Below, in pieces: positions 13,762 through 27,831 of a DNA stretch of 64,000 nucleotides. Under the pieces are notes generated by a model. That model was not told where the DNA came from. It searched no databases and saw only the letters and a list, made by a program, of their open reading frames with translations. Source of the DNA: Polymyxa betae A26-41 (taxonomy: Eukaryota; Protista; Endomyxa: Phytomyxea); contig RBZT01000620.1 in NCBI GenBank assembly GCA_003693705.1, forward strand, positions 5,535 to 69,534. Reading direction: 5' to 3'. Made by a program: the position numbers and the translations under genes. The stretch's first letter is position 1. Each line of letters starts with the position of its first letter.

Positions 13762-16247
13762 ATGCAGGATCAGACCCAGGAAGACAGCGATGATGGTCCG
13801 GTGTATGTCCCGCTCAAGGTTCGTAGAGCGCGTGAAGCAGCGCTTCTATCCAGCCATTTGAGCTCTAAGCCTGCCCGTCGGGCTTTCGTCCCTGAGCCTG
13901 CTGTTGCTGAGCCTGTAATTCCTGAAAGGCCAAAGAAGTACGTTGCCACGCCCTGACGAGCCCCATCTAACCTTGACAGATCTCTAGTGGAATTATCTCA
14001 GTCGATCGTTAAAACTGAGGGTATCGATAATGATGAACGAAGGCGTAAAGAGCAGGAAGATTTTCTGACTGAAAATCTCATTACTGATCGAGGTTGTTTA
14101 ACCATCTGGATTTTATTTATTTTCGTTGTATGTTTCAATGGTTTGATTTCGGCGATGTTTTCTGCTGCTGTAATTGCACGATGCTTAAACGCTGCTTATA
14201 GGCCCACTGCTGTCTGCTGCCGAACGTGCAGCTGGACTACAAACCAAAGAACGACTAAAAAGTTCCTGGTCTGCACCAAGACAAATCGCTGCGATGTCTG
14301 AAGATCAATTTGCCGCCATCAGGCAGCGATATCGAATTCTGGTCGAAGGCGATGATATCGCACCACCTATCAAATCGTTTCGTCAAATGAGTCAGAAAAT
14401 AATGCTACAGTTTGTTTTATCTTTTAACGATTTCTTGTAGAGTTTCCATCAGCTATTATCGATTATCTAAAGAGTATTGGTGTTCATCGGCCGACACCAA
14501 TCCAAATGCAAGCTTTGCCTGTTGCCTTGAGTCGACGAGATCTGATTGGTATCGCTTCTACTGGATCTGGTCAGTTGAGAATTCCATAACCTAACTGGTT
14601 TTGCTTAGTTTTTTGGCAGGGAAAACTTTGGCATTTGTTCTACCAATGGTGATGGCAGCAGTTGAAGCTGAAATGCGTCTTTCATTGATATCAGGGGAGG
14701 GGCCTGTTGGGCTTGGTATTTCGACTTTGTTGTTACTATTCGTTTGTTCTCAATTTGAGAATTCAGTTGTCTGTCCCTCTCGAGAATTGGCAGAGCAGAC
14801 GTTCGGAATCGTTAGAGAGCTATTGACTATCGCTTCTCGTTGTTATCGCATGAAACTGAACAGTCTATTGTGCATTGGCGGAATTGATATGAGAGACCAA
14901 ATCGATCCTTCCAGGAATCCGATTCATGTTATTGTGGCCACACCAGGTCCGTTTTTTTGTTGTGCTCGCTTCCGAATTTTTCAGCGCTTCCAATTTTTTT
15001 TTAAACCGAGGCTTATTGTGATGTGTAGGTCGCTTGTTAGATATGCTGTCAAAAGCGAAAATCTGTTTAACTACCTGTTCGTACTTAACACTTGATGAAG
15101 CTGATCGAATGATTGATCTTGGGTTTGACGATGATATTCGTGCTCTTTTTGGCTATTTTCAATGTTCCAGGCAAACTGTATACACCTCTTAGACGGTGCT
15201 TGCCTGCGATAATTCTGAAATTTGTTTATACAGGTGATGTTTTCAGCCACGATGCCAACTAAAATCAAGCAATTTGCTGCTACTTCACTTGTAATGATTC
15301 GGTTTGTACAACCTCATACTTCAAATTCGGTATATCAGGTTGATCCTATTGTTGTTAATGTTGGTCGCGCTGGTGCTGCTAGCATGGATGTTGTTCAACA
15401 CGTCGATTATGTTAAAGAAGAGAACAGGTGCGTTTGCGTTTACTGTTGGAACCCAGTTGATTGACTTTGACAGGATAGTCTATTTATTGCAATGCTTACA
15501 AAAATCAGCCCCACCTGTTTTGATATTCTGTTCAAATGTGTCCGATGTTGATGATATCGAGGTCTGATTTGAGGATTCTCCATTCACCAGATCTCATCGA
15601 TCTGACAGGTATACCTTCTGATTAAGGGTGTTGAAGCGGTTTCTATTCATGGTGGAAAGTCTCAAGAGGAACGCCAGGCAAGCTTCACCTGGATTTATGC
15701 TAAACCTTTCCGTCTGAAGACAATCCTAGGCGGCTATCAAGGCATTCAAATATGGTAAAAAGGATGTTTTAGTAGCGACAGATATTGCCTCCAAAGGCTT
15801 GGATTTTCCTGATGTGCAACATGTTATCAATTTCGATATGCCCAAGGAAATAGAAGATTATGTGCACAGGTTTGGCAGTACTCTAATACTGATTGGTCTT
15901 GTTGAATGCATTTGTCATAGGATTGGTCGTACTGGTCGCCGAGGCAAGACTGGACTAGCTACAACCTTTATCAACCGCAGCTGTAATGAGACCACGCTTC
16001 TAGATTTGAAACATTTGCTGGTCGAAGCTGGTCAGCGCGTTCCACCTGCTTTGCAAAGTTTGCAGGACTCATCTGTTGCTCATGATGGCTGTGCGTATTG
16101 TGGTGGTCTAGGTAAAAAACCTCCTTTGCTGTCATTGCAAAGCTCTCATATTTCATAGGCCATGGCGTAACGGATTGTCCCAAGTACATGACACACTCAA
16201 AAATGAAGGCAACTATGGGTTCCGAGGTCGATCTTGGAGGATATTAA
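13762..16247 (+). CDS. DDX41: DEAD-box RNA helicase DDX41/Abstrakt
   Basis: YVPLKVRR N-terminus, [74 protein letters not shown] and C-terminal zinc knuckle [15 protein letters not shown]. Confidence 0.93.
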
Positions 16248-16328
16248 TGACTTACAAACACCATTTAAATTTGAAACAGTATTTTTATCTGGAAGATGTA
16301 TGATTGCTAGTATAATATCTAATTTAAT

Positions 16329-19300
16329 TCAAAACTCTTCGTCATCATCGTCGTTCTCAGCGGAGAAATTGTCCGATTCCGAACCATTTTCTTCACTGTT
16401 CTCGTCACTGTCGATAACATAAATGGCTTTCGACTTTACCGCCCGCCTTTGCCTGGAAGCAGCAATCGGAGAATTATCGGATTTGGAGTCGGAGAGTACG
16501 ATTACATCATTATTGTCATCACTGTCAAGAGCAGTCTTTGCCTTGGCTTTAGGTTTGGCAGATCTTGATACCGCAGATTTTGCGACAGGTTTCAATTTTT
16601 GAGCTGCTTTCGACGAACTTGAAGCTCTAGCCTTAGAAGCAACGGGTTTCTTGGGGGCCAAATCCTCCTCGTCGATACTGAATGGATCAGATTTGGAGTC
16701 GCTGGATGGGGAAGGCTTAGACTTCTTCTGAACAGGAGGGGCCACAGTCGAAGAAGTCATAGCTCGCTTGGATGTCGCAGCGTTTGAAATGGACTTCTGG
16801 GCAAGACGCTCAGAAAGCGAAAGTTTCTTGGTTTGCGATTTGATAATAACCAAATCATCAGATTCGTCATCTTCGCTGAGAGCTTCCAGCTTCAAAGCAG
16901 AACGGGAAGGGCCACCTTTAGTACGAGGCTTCGCATTGACCTCAGTGCTGTTAAAGCCGAGCACGTCGAGGTCGGAAAACGCATCCGAAATGATATCATC
17001 AGTCGAAGATTTGCACTTGGAACCCTTTGTTGATCGGTTTGGCTTCAGCACTTTCGACTTCGCTGCTCTGACGGTGACTGCGGATGTTGAGTTACGAGGC
17101 ATATTCTCAGCGTCTGAAACGCATTCTAATTCTTGAACATTGAAGTCGCGCACGTGTATTTCGGCGCTGCAAACAGAAGCTGGCTGATATGTCAGTTTCC
17201 TGGATTTGGCAGCAGCTATAAGTGCAGTATGAGGAGATTGCCGCTTCGTTTTTTTGGCCAGCTCAGAATCGGCCTGTTTCTGTTCGGTTTCCTCAGCGGT
17301 TTCATGAATGTTGAGAATCTTGAGGAAGTTGTCAAGATCTGTAAGCCACATGTCTCGTGGACTGGTTTTTTCCAACACGTCAATCTCCTTTCGTTTGTTC
17401 TCCAGTTCCGTTACCAATTCTTCAACTTTTTCCTTGGTCAGACTGAGCAAAGGCATATTCAGCAGGTAGTCAAAGGAGGCGTTCAACGTATCTGTATCAT
17501 CATCTCCATCATCAAGACGAATATTGTGCTTGAGGATAATCATCTTGGTGTCATATGAAGGACCAGGGAGGCGATCGAAGCCTTGCTTCTCAAGCATTTC
17601 TTCAATGCGAACCCGGGGAACGTTTCGAATGTGAATTTCCTCTCGGATACAGCCCAAAATAAAACGAGCCTAAACAAAGTCAGAAATTGGAAACCAAGGA
17701 CAATGTAAACTGACCTTGTTGTCCAAACGCTTGCACTGACGCTGAAGCACAGACATCATGTGTTCTTTACGTAGAACGTACCTACACATTACTCACTTAG
17801 AGAAACACTGAATACTGCTCACAAGACTTACATATCATTACGGACAACGTAGTGTTCCTCCAGAATCTGCTCAACATTATAATAGTGCTTGATCTGACCA
17901 TCAGCATCGAAAAGAATCATATTCGAAGTAGCAATAGTATTACTCAGCTTGAACTTTTTGATAATTTCGGCCTCTGACGCACTGGAAAATGGGCAATCAA
18001 TGCCTTCGCCGACATCAACAGTGAAATCAACGCGAATGTCGGTATGGCGAGCTTGGAATCCAAGAATATCCTTCTTCTCGTCTTTCTCCTCCAACATTGC
18101 TTTATAAGAATCCGTTGACTTATTGACAGGAATTTCAAGAATAGAGAAAGATCGTTGATGTCTCTGAACAACACCAAACATCTCAAATCTTTTAGTTTGG
18201 TTGTTGCTCTCAATCGAGTTAATACTGCCCAGAAAGTTCTTATACCTGAAGAATGCTTAATTGCCTGACAGCATTTAATCAAATAAGTGCGAACCATGGG
18301 ATCAAGACAGGGCGGTTGGGGCTATCGGTAATTCGTGATTTGACCCATTCCACCAAGTCGCGAGGATTGTATTGCGGAATCGACGTGGACCATCCAGTTC
18401 CAATACCTTCGGCTCCGTTAACAAGCACCATCGGAATACTGGGACATATTAGACAGCCAACATTGTGTAAAAACGAATTTCCCTACATAGGAACATAATA
18501 CTTGGGCTCAATCTTCATTCCATCATCGTCCAGGTAATGGAGCAGCGGGTCATCTTGTTCAGGGAACAAAGCACGTGTAACAGGTGACAATCCAGTGAAG
18601 ATATAACGGGGTGATGCAGCGTCTTTACCCAAACAATGACGAGTACCGAATTGACCATTCGGAAGCAACAAGTTAATATTGTTGCTGCCACAATAATTCT
18701 GGGCCAAGTTAATAATGGTCGCGGTAAGAGATTGCTACAGTATCATTGATAAATAAAGGGGACACAACAGCAGGACAAACGCAAACCTCGCCATGATGAT
18801 AAGCAGAATGTTCAGCTACATACCCTGCTAGTTGGGCAACTTTAATCTCGCCGGTCAATCTTTCCACAGCTTAGCGGCAGCTCAATGAAAACTTTTCAAA
18901 TTGTCATACTTTCTTTTGAAGCAACCGTAAATAATTTTACGTTGACCGGGTTTCAAACCGTCAAGCAACGAGGGAATAGAACGCACGTTGTCTGATTGAG
19001 AGAACAGAACAAGCTCACGGTCAACAAATTCCTGATACGACACCTGGCCACGGCGGTAATCAATGAAGGTCCCATCCTCAACATTTGACAGCCAGGTCTT
19101 CCGGTCTTCGACTCGCTTCTTGCTAAATGCCTAAAAGAAATGCTCAAATGGACGAGAACGATACGATGAGTGATGTTACCTTTTCAATAGCATCGTCATT
19201 AAGCTTGCCATCCATCGATGAATCCCACTTAAACCATACTTGGTGCTAAAAGAATAATTCACGAAAAACGGGACAATTAAGCAAACATATGGACCTTATC

Positions 19301-21865
19301 GATTGCGCTGAAATAATCTTTAGCGTCTTTGCTCGTTGAAGTACCCAGACCTTTGAAGTACTTGATTTTCCATCCTGAAGGGTGTTGCAGGCGCCATTCT
19401 TGATATTCAGGAATCGTGTAAAACGAAATTGACCGATTCCCTAAAATTCTGTATGAGCAATAGCACGGGCACATGTCGGGAGACGACCTTTGGTAACTTT
19501 AACAATAGGTGTAATAAACTGAGACAAGAACGTATTCATTCTCAGAAGTGAGGGCCAGAAAGTGTGAAGGAAGTTGATTAGTAAACCTTTAATATGAGAA
19601 CCATCTTGATCCTGATCAGTCATCTAAACGGCAAAATTTCAAAAACAAGAACAAAAGCAACATGAGAAGGAAACTGACAATCATTAAGTGGCCATATCGT
19701 AGTTTGGATGTGTCTGTATAATTAACCCCTTGCTGCAAACCAAGAATTTTCTTGATGTTGCAAATCTCTTCATTCTTCAGGATCTGCTGTCCAGTAGCCT
19801 CTCGGACGTTCAATAACTTACCTAACAATCCATCAGCAATCTTGACTGTATGTATATCGTAGTGAAAACGTTACCCTTGAGAGGAAAAACACCATACTTA
19901 TCTCTTCCAATAATAGAAAGACCACTAACAGCCAAAGCTTTGGCACTGTCTCCTTCCGTTAGAATCAGAGTGCCTGAATTTGTTCATATTGAGGATTGAT
20001 TCACATTAACAGCTTACATTGTTGCGAGTTCTTAGTTCCAGCCCAATTGGCATCGTCAAGCTTGGGAATGCCGAGAATCTTCGATTTCTTGCTGCCATCA
20101 TTCTTTTTCAGGTCTTTTGTTTCGCGGAACTTTGACCAGGACAAAACCGCGTCCCGGATACCAACATCGAGAACTGCAGCCATAACTCTCACATTCAAAA
20201 TGTCTCGATAAAGACGACTGCTTACTCTTTTTCAGAAAATTTTCACTGATCTCGCACTTCGATCCGAATGTCTTAGTATTTGAAGTCATGTTTTCCTGTC
20301 AAGAATTACAAAGATGTTTTCGATATGAAAAGAGCCTTACCTTCGTCTGAGAATCGAAAGCTGGGTTCTCAATCAATGCGTTGACAAAAATGAAGATATG
20401 ATTTTTGATATGAGAGGGTTTAAGCGTTTTTGGAGCTCCTTTCTTTTTCATTATCGCTAGCACAGCAAATCAATTTCAAAGAAACGCAGCAAGGACATGC
20501 TGACCAGCTAAAGCTCCTTTCGTGATCTGATCCGTAATATAATCAACATGCTTTCCTCCTTTGATGGTCCAGATCGAATTCACGAAAGAAACCTGCTCGA
20601 ATGTACCTTCACTGGCAGCGACACAAACCTTAATGTGGAAAATTAGCAAAAAAAAGATTGCGAGAAAGCTGCATCTAGCACCTGCCATCGATCAAAGCTA
20701 TCGTCATAAACACGTTTAGTGTCAGAGCCCTCAGGTAAATACATGTCAACATAATCTTTGAAGTTGCGGATCTGAAAACTATTAAGCATCTCAAATCAAC
20801 ACAAACGAGACACTACTTTAAGCTTAGTTCCATTCAAATAAACTTTGACAGATTTATCTGTACAGCCAGCAACATCGTAAACTCGTTTAACCTAAATCAA
20901 AACATTCTTAGCAAGAAGCAGAGAAGACTAAAAAATAACACCATCAGGTCATAAATATCGTTATCGAATTCCTCCATTCCAAATTTTGCAAAGTCTGGTC
21001 GGAATGTAATGCGAGTCCAGTCCTGTTAAAACGTCAAATGTAGGAACAATAACCACGTTATTCACTAATACACTGGAAGTGGTCGCTTTCTTGACAGTAG
21101 GTTCGCTTTTGGCTGACATATTTTTCTCGAAAATCTAAACTACATGGTGAGCAGGGAAAATCAGCAGTTTGCTTTAGCATTGACCGACCTGTTTGAAATA
21201 TTTGCCAGAATGACAATCGTTAGTCTCAACGATAAATTTAGTGGAATAAATATTGGTCAACTTAGCGCCATATCCATTACGACCACCAGTGGTTTTTTTC
21301 TGGTCGTCGTCATAGTTTGAGGAGGTCAAGAGATGGCCGAAGATTAGTTCAGGGACGTAGCAATTGTGTTCAGAGTGAATCTGGACAGGAATTGCACGTC
21401 CGTTATTATAAACTGAAATTTCGCCTGCTTCGCGATTGATGTCAACCTACTTACAATTAGCGTGAAAGTACAGATTCAATGTGACAGTATCACCTTCATT
21501 GTGTCCATATTTTCAGGATCTCTCTGTTTGTTATCTGCGGCATTGACAATGATCTAATCCACTTGTTAAATTAATTTAACAATCATATACGGCAAACCTC
21601 ATCAAAAATTTTGTAAAGAGCAGGAACAACAGTGATATTACGCCTCTCCATTTGGTCGCCGGCAGCATTTAACAACCATATCTGTCGATATTCTGTGGCC
21701 TCTACTGATCCAACGTATGAATCTGGTCTCAAAAGAATATGTTCGAGTTGTGTCTAAGAGGTAGGAGGAGTACGATTAGAAACAAAACAGACAGCAGGAA
21801 AGTCGGCTTGCCTTTTTCTGATAAATCTGCTCGATCGACTTCTGATTCGACTCAGCTACAACCAT
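16329..21865 (-). CDS. TOP2: DNA topoisomerase II, multi-exon
   Basis: IEQIYQKKTQLEHILLRPDSYVGS, GGRNGYGAKL, LILTEGDSAK, MTDQDQDGSHIKG, KYFKGLGTS, DGLKPGQRK, YHHGE, active-site KDAASPRYIFT, GIGTGWST, acidic/basic C-terminal tail. Confidence 0.97.
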
Positions 21866-22861
21866 CGCAGTCGTAGACTTTCGAAACGACAGGCAGTATA
21901 ACGATGGATTGCGACGACAGAGAGAAGATTAGGGATGAAATAGGAGCGAAGATTTGTCGCGACAGAGCCCAATTTCGGAGTGACCCAGTCCCCATAGGTC
22001 ATCACTAAACGACTTAGGTCGTCTTGAAAAAACTGCGAAGGCCCGCGCGCATTAATCATTGAGATTTTAGAATGCGTTTCCCCGATTGACCGATTGGCTA
22101 CAGCAATTACAGAATTCGGCACGTTGTAAAATAATCGTGAGTGGTTGTAAGTTTCTGGCAGCTTGATAAATTCTGTGCGATACCATTTTTGGCTGAGGAA
22201 ATTTGTATGGACGCAACTATTATTTTGCTAAACAGATGGTGGTCTAGCTGCGCACCAGATGAAAAAGGTTTTTAATGCGATGGTTTTGAAACGGTAGATA
22301 TTCACCTATGTCCTTAAATTTCTGAAATTATTTCACAAGAGTACAGGCCCAAACCCAACACAATAATGCAAATAATAATGCGCAACTGCGCAGAGTCATT
22401 CTTCTGCAAAGGTTCGTGACTGGAGAATCATAGATTTACGACGTATTAATAAAGTTTGTATTTGCGCGATACAAAGTTCCGTTTACCAACTGAACACGCA
22501 AATAAATATGAGAAGTGGATGACATTATAATTGAAGGAAAGCGGCCAGCCATTTGTTCATCAGAACCCCATAACGTTATCACTCCTACATTATGTTTCTG
22601 CAAATAGGCCCTCTTTATCGGAAAATAAAAATGTACGTCATGCACATTCCACTTCCAAAGCATAATGCTGGTTGGACCAAAAATCTAACGAGAGACTGGC
22701 ATATTTGGAAGCAAAACCGCAAGTTCGGTTCGGCGGGTCATGACCTGCGGCTTCGAATGACTTGTTCGCAAAGGCAAGCTCGTTATCCTGGAGTGGCCTT
22801 CGGACTTTTAGAATTACATTAACTAGAGCGCGACCTCCCGGGGGGGGGACGTCTCCAAGTC

Positions 22862-23759
22862 ATGGAACCTTATGTGGATGGCGACGAACGCCAAGGGGAA
22901 ACTACATTTGTCTACAACCCGGCTATGCATGTTAAACAGGGGAGCGGTCAATCAAATACCGAAAATGACGACATCGCGTGCTTGTCGGTGAATTTCTTTC
23001 CCGGAAGCGTGACCCAATTCGATTTAGAAAAGATGTTTGCCGATTTTGGCAAAGTCAAAAAGGTCAATGTGATACGTAATCGCGAAACCAAAGCGTGTCA
23101 GGGCCATGCATTTATTATTTTCGAGGAATTCGCAGCATCATCTCGAGCTTATTCCCATTTCACAAAACTGGCTGTGAGTCGTCCCCTTTGCAATTCTGTC
23201 AAGGTTCAATACTCAAAAAGGGCGCTTGACAAACAACAATCTTCGACTTTAGTCTTCGAAAATTTACCTGAAGGATTTAGCATGCAGGATTTGGAAAAGA
23301 TGCTTCAGCCTTGGGAGCCATTGCTTGAAATTCAGATTTCGGTGAAGGCTAATAAAGCTTTTGCACAGCTCGATTCGCCGGAGAAGGCGCGACAGGCTTT
23401 AAAAAGTTTAAAGCAGGCGCCTTCCGCAGAAGATCCACCATGGTAAGTGTTAATCTAGAAAATGATCGCTTAAATAACTTTTGCAAGCAGCGCCATGTCC
23501 ATCCGAATTAAAGCTGATATAATCGAAGAGAAAAGGAAAGAAAAATCGTGGCGTCCTGATATGACGGCGCCACCGCCTAGTTTACAAGAACGAAGACTTC
23601 AGTACATGATGGTAAGGTTGTTGTAGTATATGTGTTTCCCAGACTAAGATGTTCTTGTGTTAGAGGCAATGGGATAAAGCTGAAGTTAAGTCCAGATATG
23701 CTACACTTGATCAAATCTTCACTTCACTTCAGAATCGGCAGCCTGCTGATTTGTTCTGA
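22862..23759 (+). CDS. RRM RNA-binding protein (ELAV-like paralogue 1, two RRMs)
   Basis: RRM1 LSVNFFP...CQGHAFIIF and RRM2 LVFENLPEG...AFAQLDSPEKARQAL. Two introns; predicted stop TGA 23757-23759. Confidence 0.8.
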
Positions 23760-24289
23760 CTCCCTACTCGTTGTGTCTTGTTAAACTTCTCAATCATTTA
23801 TATAAAGTATCGTTGTTATCGTTAATAAATTACTTGCTGCTAACTTTCTCAAGCCATGTTGCTGAAGCCCAATTCCAAGAAAAAGTGTAATCTTGGTCAT
23901 AACTTGAATATAATCGATTAAAAGATGCATTCCTCTCCATGTCGTCAGTTCGATCTTTTCTTTGATCGGGCGAGACAGAGCATTACTGATCAAGATAATA
24001 ATTGAAATAGGAATGTCACTGTTTATGGCTGAAAAAGCTCTTGGGTTTTATTCGAGAAATAGGAGTTTTTCACATACTCCACGTCAGAATGCAAGCATAA
24101 ACATCGTCATGCGAGTGTGCAACACATTTTCAGCAATATGTTCTTTGCTATGAAGATCTTCGATCAAAGCCCTCAGGTCATCCGACAAGCTTTCATCAAT
24201 TTCCCATAATATTCACTGACCAGTCTTTGACTATCCCTTACCTGACATACTGATGTAAGTTTAGACTGACAACGTTATGCAGGTTAGCA

Positions 24290-24860
24290 TTTAAATTGAG
24301 AAATGGATAAGAGTTAATAGTGCCCAGTCACACAGAACAGTTAGAGAAAGCGATGCAATTGACGAACTCGCCAAACAGGCGGCCATGAACGGAGAGCTGA
24401 TTGAACATGACCCACTAGTCTCTTCATACAAACAAATATATAAACGATTGGAGAAACAGAAACTACAAAAAGGTTGGAAATAGAGGTGAAAACAAGCCAA
24501 TTCACAAACTACCCGAATTGACAGCTTTTTATAGCCAGCTATGCCAGTAGACAGAGTACTCATGGTAATGAGGAATGCCGATCATACTCTGATAGCCGCC
24601 CATAAGAACAAGACATACTGGAAGCACGAACACATTTGCACAACCTTAAGAATGGAACCCAGTGATCAATCATCAATGTCACCATTGTGAACGAAACAGC
24701 GAAACAATTGAATTTGCTCTAATGCTCAAAGCTCAAAGAGCAACTCCTAACGAATACAGAAGGAAATACAAACAGAGAAATCCACTAACTTTGATGAACG
24801 CACCCTATACAGACAACAAATTCTTGGCAAAAGCATATGCTCACGGCTGCATATAACGAA
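24290..24860 (+). mobile_element. Degenerate 3' fragment of a non-LTR retrotransposon (RNase H C-terminus plus Cys/His zinc-binding motif)
   Basis: KWIRVNSAQSHRTVRESDAIDELAKQAA resembles RNase H 'W..aH.gi.GNE.AD.LAK.AA'. After stops and a frameshift, LIAA/IRTRHT...HQCHHCERNSETIEF resembles 'LRTGH...C..C...ETIEH'. Internal stop codons are present. Confidence 0.5.
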
Positions 24861-25502
24861 CGACATATCATGAACGCTGGGAAACCAGTAGGGGAGGAAT
24901 AACGGGATGGATGGATGCCTACCCAATCTCTTCGGGTCGCTCTTATGTCCTGATAATAGGGCCGGTGGCGATCAAAACATATCAAGAAATGGGTGAAATG
25001 CTGAACAAACCTGAAATTGGTGTTAAGGGCTCTGCATTATTTGGTCACATTGCACGAATATCCAGTCAATGCGTTATAGACATAGCGCCTTCTATTGACC
25101 AACAATCAATCAACGGAATCCAATCCAATCCAACTTATTAATAGAATGCTCTTGTTGATGACCAAGAGCAGTTTGATATTGTGTGTTGATATCGATATTG
25201 TCAGACTTTGGCGGTGGATGAGACACGTCCTCCAACTTCTCACCGTCCCAACATCTATCAATACTATGTCTGTTGATATCAGGTTGTCAGGTTTATGATT
25301 TGATACTGATATTCTTTGTTGTGAAAGATTGCGATGCTGATCAAGTTAACTGCTCTGAGTGTCTGCTGCAATCAAGGACGACTTGGAAAAGTCCCTGTTT
25401 AGTCAGCTGCACTATTCGTGGCGGAGCGCGCGCGAAATTCAACCGATGTAGTCACATTTAAGTTGTTTTCCGAGCATACCTGCAGGCTCTCCCTTCTTCA
25501 TC

Positions 25503-27200
25503 ATGAGGTTCCTTCCTACGCCCGTTATCCAACAGCAACCGCAACATCAATTGACGCCCAGCTCTAACTTGCTTGTTTTTTATCTACCCGAATCTGTGGA
25601 GAAACCACAGCTGGAGAACTCTTTCTCCCCGTTTGGCTGCATCGAAAATGTTAAGACCATCAAGAGCAAAGGCAAATGCCTTGGTTATGGTTTCGTCAAA
25701 TTTGCTTCAATAGATTCGGCCATTCGAGCCGAACGTCATTTTACTTCCATTCCTGTTCATCTCAGCTCATTTCTAAAGGTCCAGTTTGCAAGATCTCCGG
25801 AATCTCATAAGCTTTCTCTTTTAACATTCTCAGACATTCCGCCCAAATTCTCGCATGCTGAGATCATCAAGATTTTCGAAGCTTTCGGTCCTATCTGTCA
25901 AACAAATATCAGTTGGTCAACAGCTGGATGGAGCGGAACTATTCGACTCGAAACTCCAGCTCAGGCACAAGCAGCTATTGGCGCTTTGAACAACTGGAAG
26001 CCCCCAGCTAGTACACGGTTAATGCATTACGACAAGTTGAGATATTACAAAGTTAATCTGTGTTTAGGCCGGTCGTGGTTAAGCTTAAAGCTATGGAGGA
26101 TTCGCCATATGGATCTCCCATCAATAGTAGCAAGAAAGCTTTTGGAAAACCGTTAATGCCAATGCTCTCTGAAGGTTCAATTCATCTGCACGTAAAGTTA
26201 CACGTTTGGCCTTCCCTTAAGGTTTTAATTTGAACAACAGCAAACTGCACCTAAGAGTCGTGTTCTTGGCTCGAGCCTGAATTCGCCAGGTAGCTCACCT
26301 GATTTTAGAGCGTCGAGCGCTAGCCTATCTGTATCTCGTAAAGCAGCATCTGAACATCGTCTAGAGGTACTATTGATTGAGGTCTATAATACTTCTAAAC
26401 TGTATTTAAAAGTTATATCAAAACTCAGCCAAAAACTTTCAACGACAAGTCTCTCCTCGTCCGTTGAATTCTCAAAAGAGAGGTTTCCAGGACAGGCCGT
26501 CTATTGCTCCCGTTGATAAGCGGAAGATGTCGCCTCAAGAACCAAAATTTCAAAAGGATACATTTTCGACCTGGTCGAGCAACGAGGCGCGAGAGAAGCC
26601 ATCCCGGCCATCTTTTGATCAGAATGCCAATTCTAACTGGTCTCGTAATTCTTTCTCTGTTGCACAGAACTCGGGCCCTTCTTCCTGCAATTTGCAAAAT
26701 GATGTCTGGAAGCCACTGTCGTATGCTTCCAATGGTTCTTCTGTTCTTTCGGGAATGCCTCCAATCACCAACACTTCTTCCTTTAGCAACTCCAGCCTTG
26801 TCTCAGCCCAATCTCATTCATTGTCGAAACCAAATGGTCCAGCCGTCGAGGTTATCTCTCAAAAATCGGGTTTTGGGAGAAGCATTTCGTGTCTATTCGA
26901 CAAGCCTGTGGAGCCAGTGATTCCATGCCGGTTTGTTAACTGCAAAGGTAGCTATTTATTGACCTAAGCTCTGGTTCTCGTCGGAAACACTGATCTTTAT
27001 AGAGGAACGAGTTTCTTTGCATCTTTTGTTTAGCTCGCTACAACTTACATCGAATCGGTTGGGAGGCATACAGGAACGATACTGAAAGCGCAAACACAAG
27101 GTATAAATTCCTTATACATTCTTTCAATCAACATTTGAATCTACTGTCGCCAGGAACTACTGTCAGAATATTGTGTGGTTAATGAGAAGATGCAATTTTC
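25503..27200 (+). CDS. RRM RNA-binding protein (ELAV-like paralogue 2) with Ser/Asn/Pro-rich tail; 3' end approximate
   Basis: SNLLVFYLP...CLGYGFVKF...VQFARSPESHKLS...IRLETPAQAQAAIGAL; downstream exons include ORF 26464-26967. Confidence 0.78.
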
Positions 27201-27831
27201 AAGCTTACTGTACTGATAACAGCATATTCTATTCGAATAAATTTGTGGAAATTTTCAGCGATCCTCATCGTGATAATAGAGATAGAAATCATAGGGACAG
27301 ATGCGAAATTTCAATGAAAAAGACTAATTGTTAGACTGGAAAACAATCTGAAATCGGATTTATTCATAATCCGCTATAAAGATACTGACCATTCATATCC
27401 AAAGAACATGAGTTGTTATGACGTATGAGTCGAGCTTAGAGAAAATTCAACAAGCCTACGTTTTCATGTAAACGAGACTTGTTGTTCTGCGATCAGTTCC
27501 ACTGATTCGTTCGCCATAAGCTCATGGTACTGTTCACTGCATTCTGAGCCAATTTTATGGTCGGGTCTAAACTATTGACGACCGGTTAATGATCCTGCCA
27601 GCTGCTTTCGTGGAGTCTAAATAGACTCACCTGTAAACGGTATTGTTCATTTTTCACATTTTGTTAGCAGCACAAGCTCTCGAGCTTTTATCATGGAGTT
27701 TTGAGTCTTCGAATGAATAACAGGCCGCGCCTCCCGTCGGGTCACAAACTGCGATCGGCGGCCAAATTTCGCGCTTTGTTGTCGTTTGAGGAGGCGTCGT
27801 TGTCTGCCATTTAGTATCTAAAGCTGGAGGC

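Noticed and set aside
22840-22848. Poly-G run just upstream of the first RRM gene (similar run at about 2550)
   Set aside because: Single G-tracts cannot form an intramolecular quadruplex, and their orientation relative to the genes differs; no supportable function.
23735-23785. LLICSDSLLVV, resembling an RNase H 'SDS' motif that could extend the LINE relic
   Set aside because: It overlaps the last exon of the first RRM gene in another frame and lies about 500 bp from the relic.
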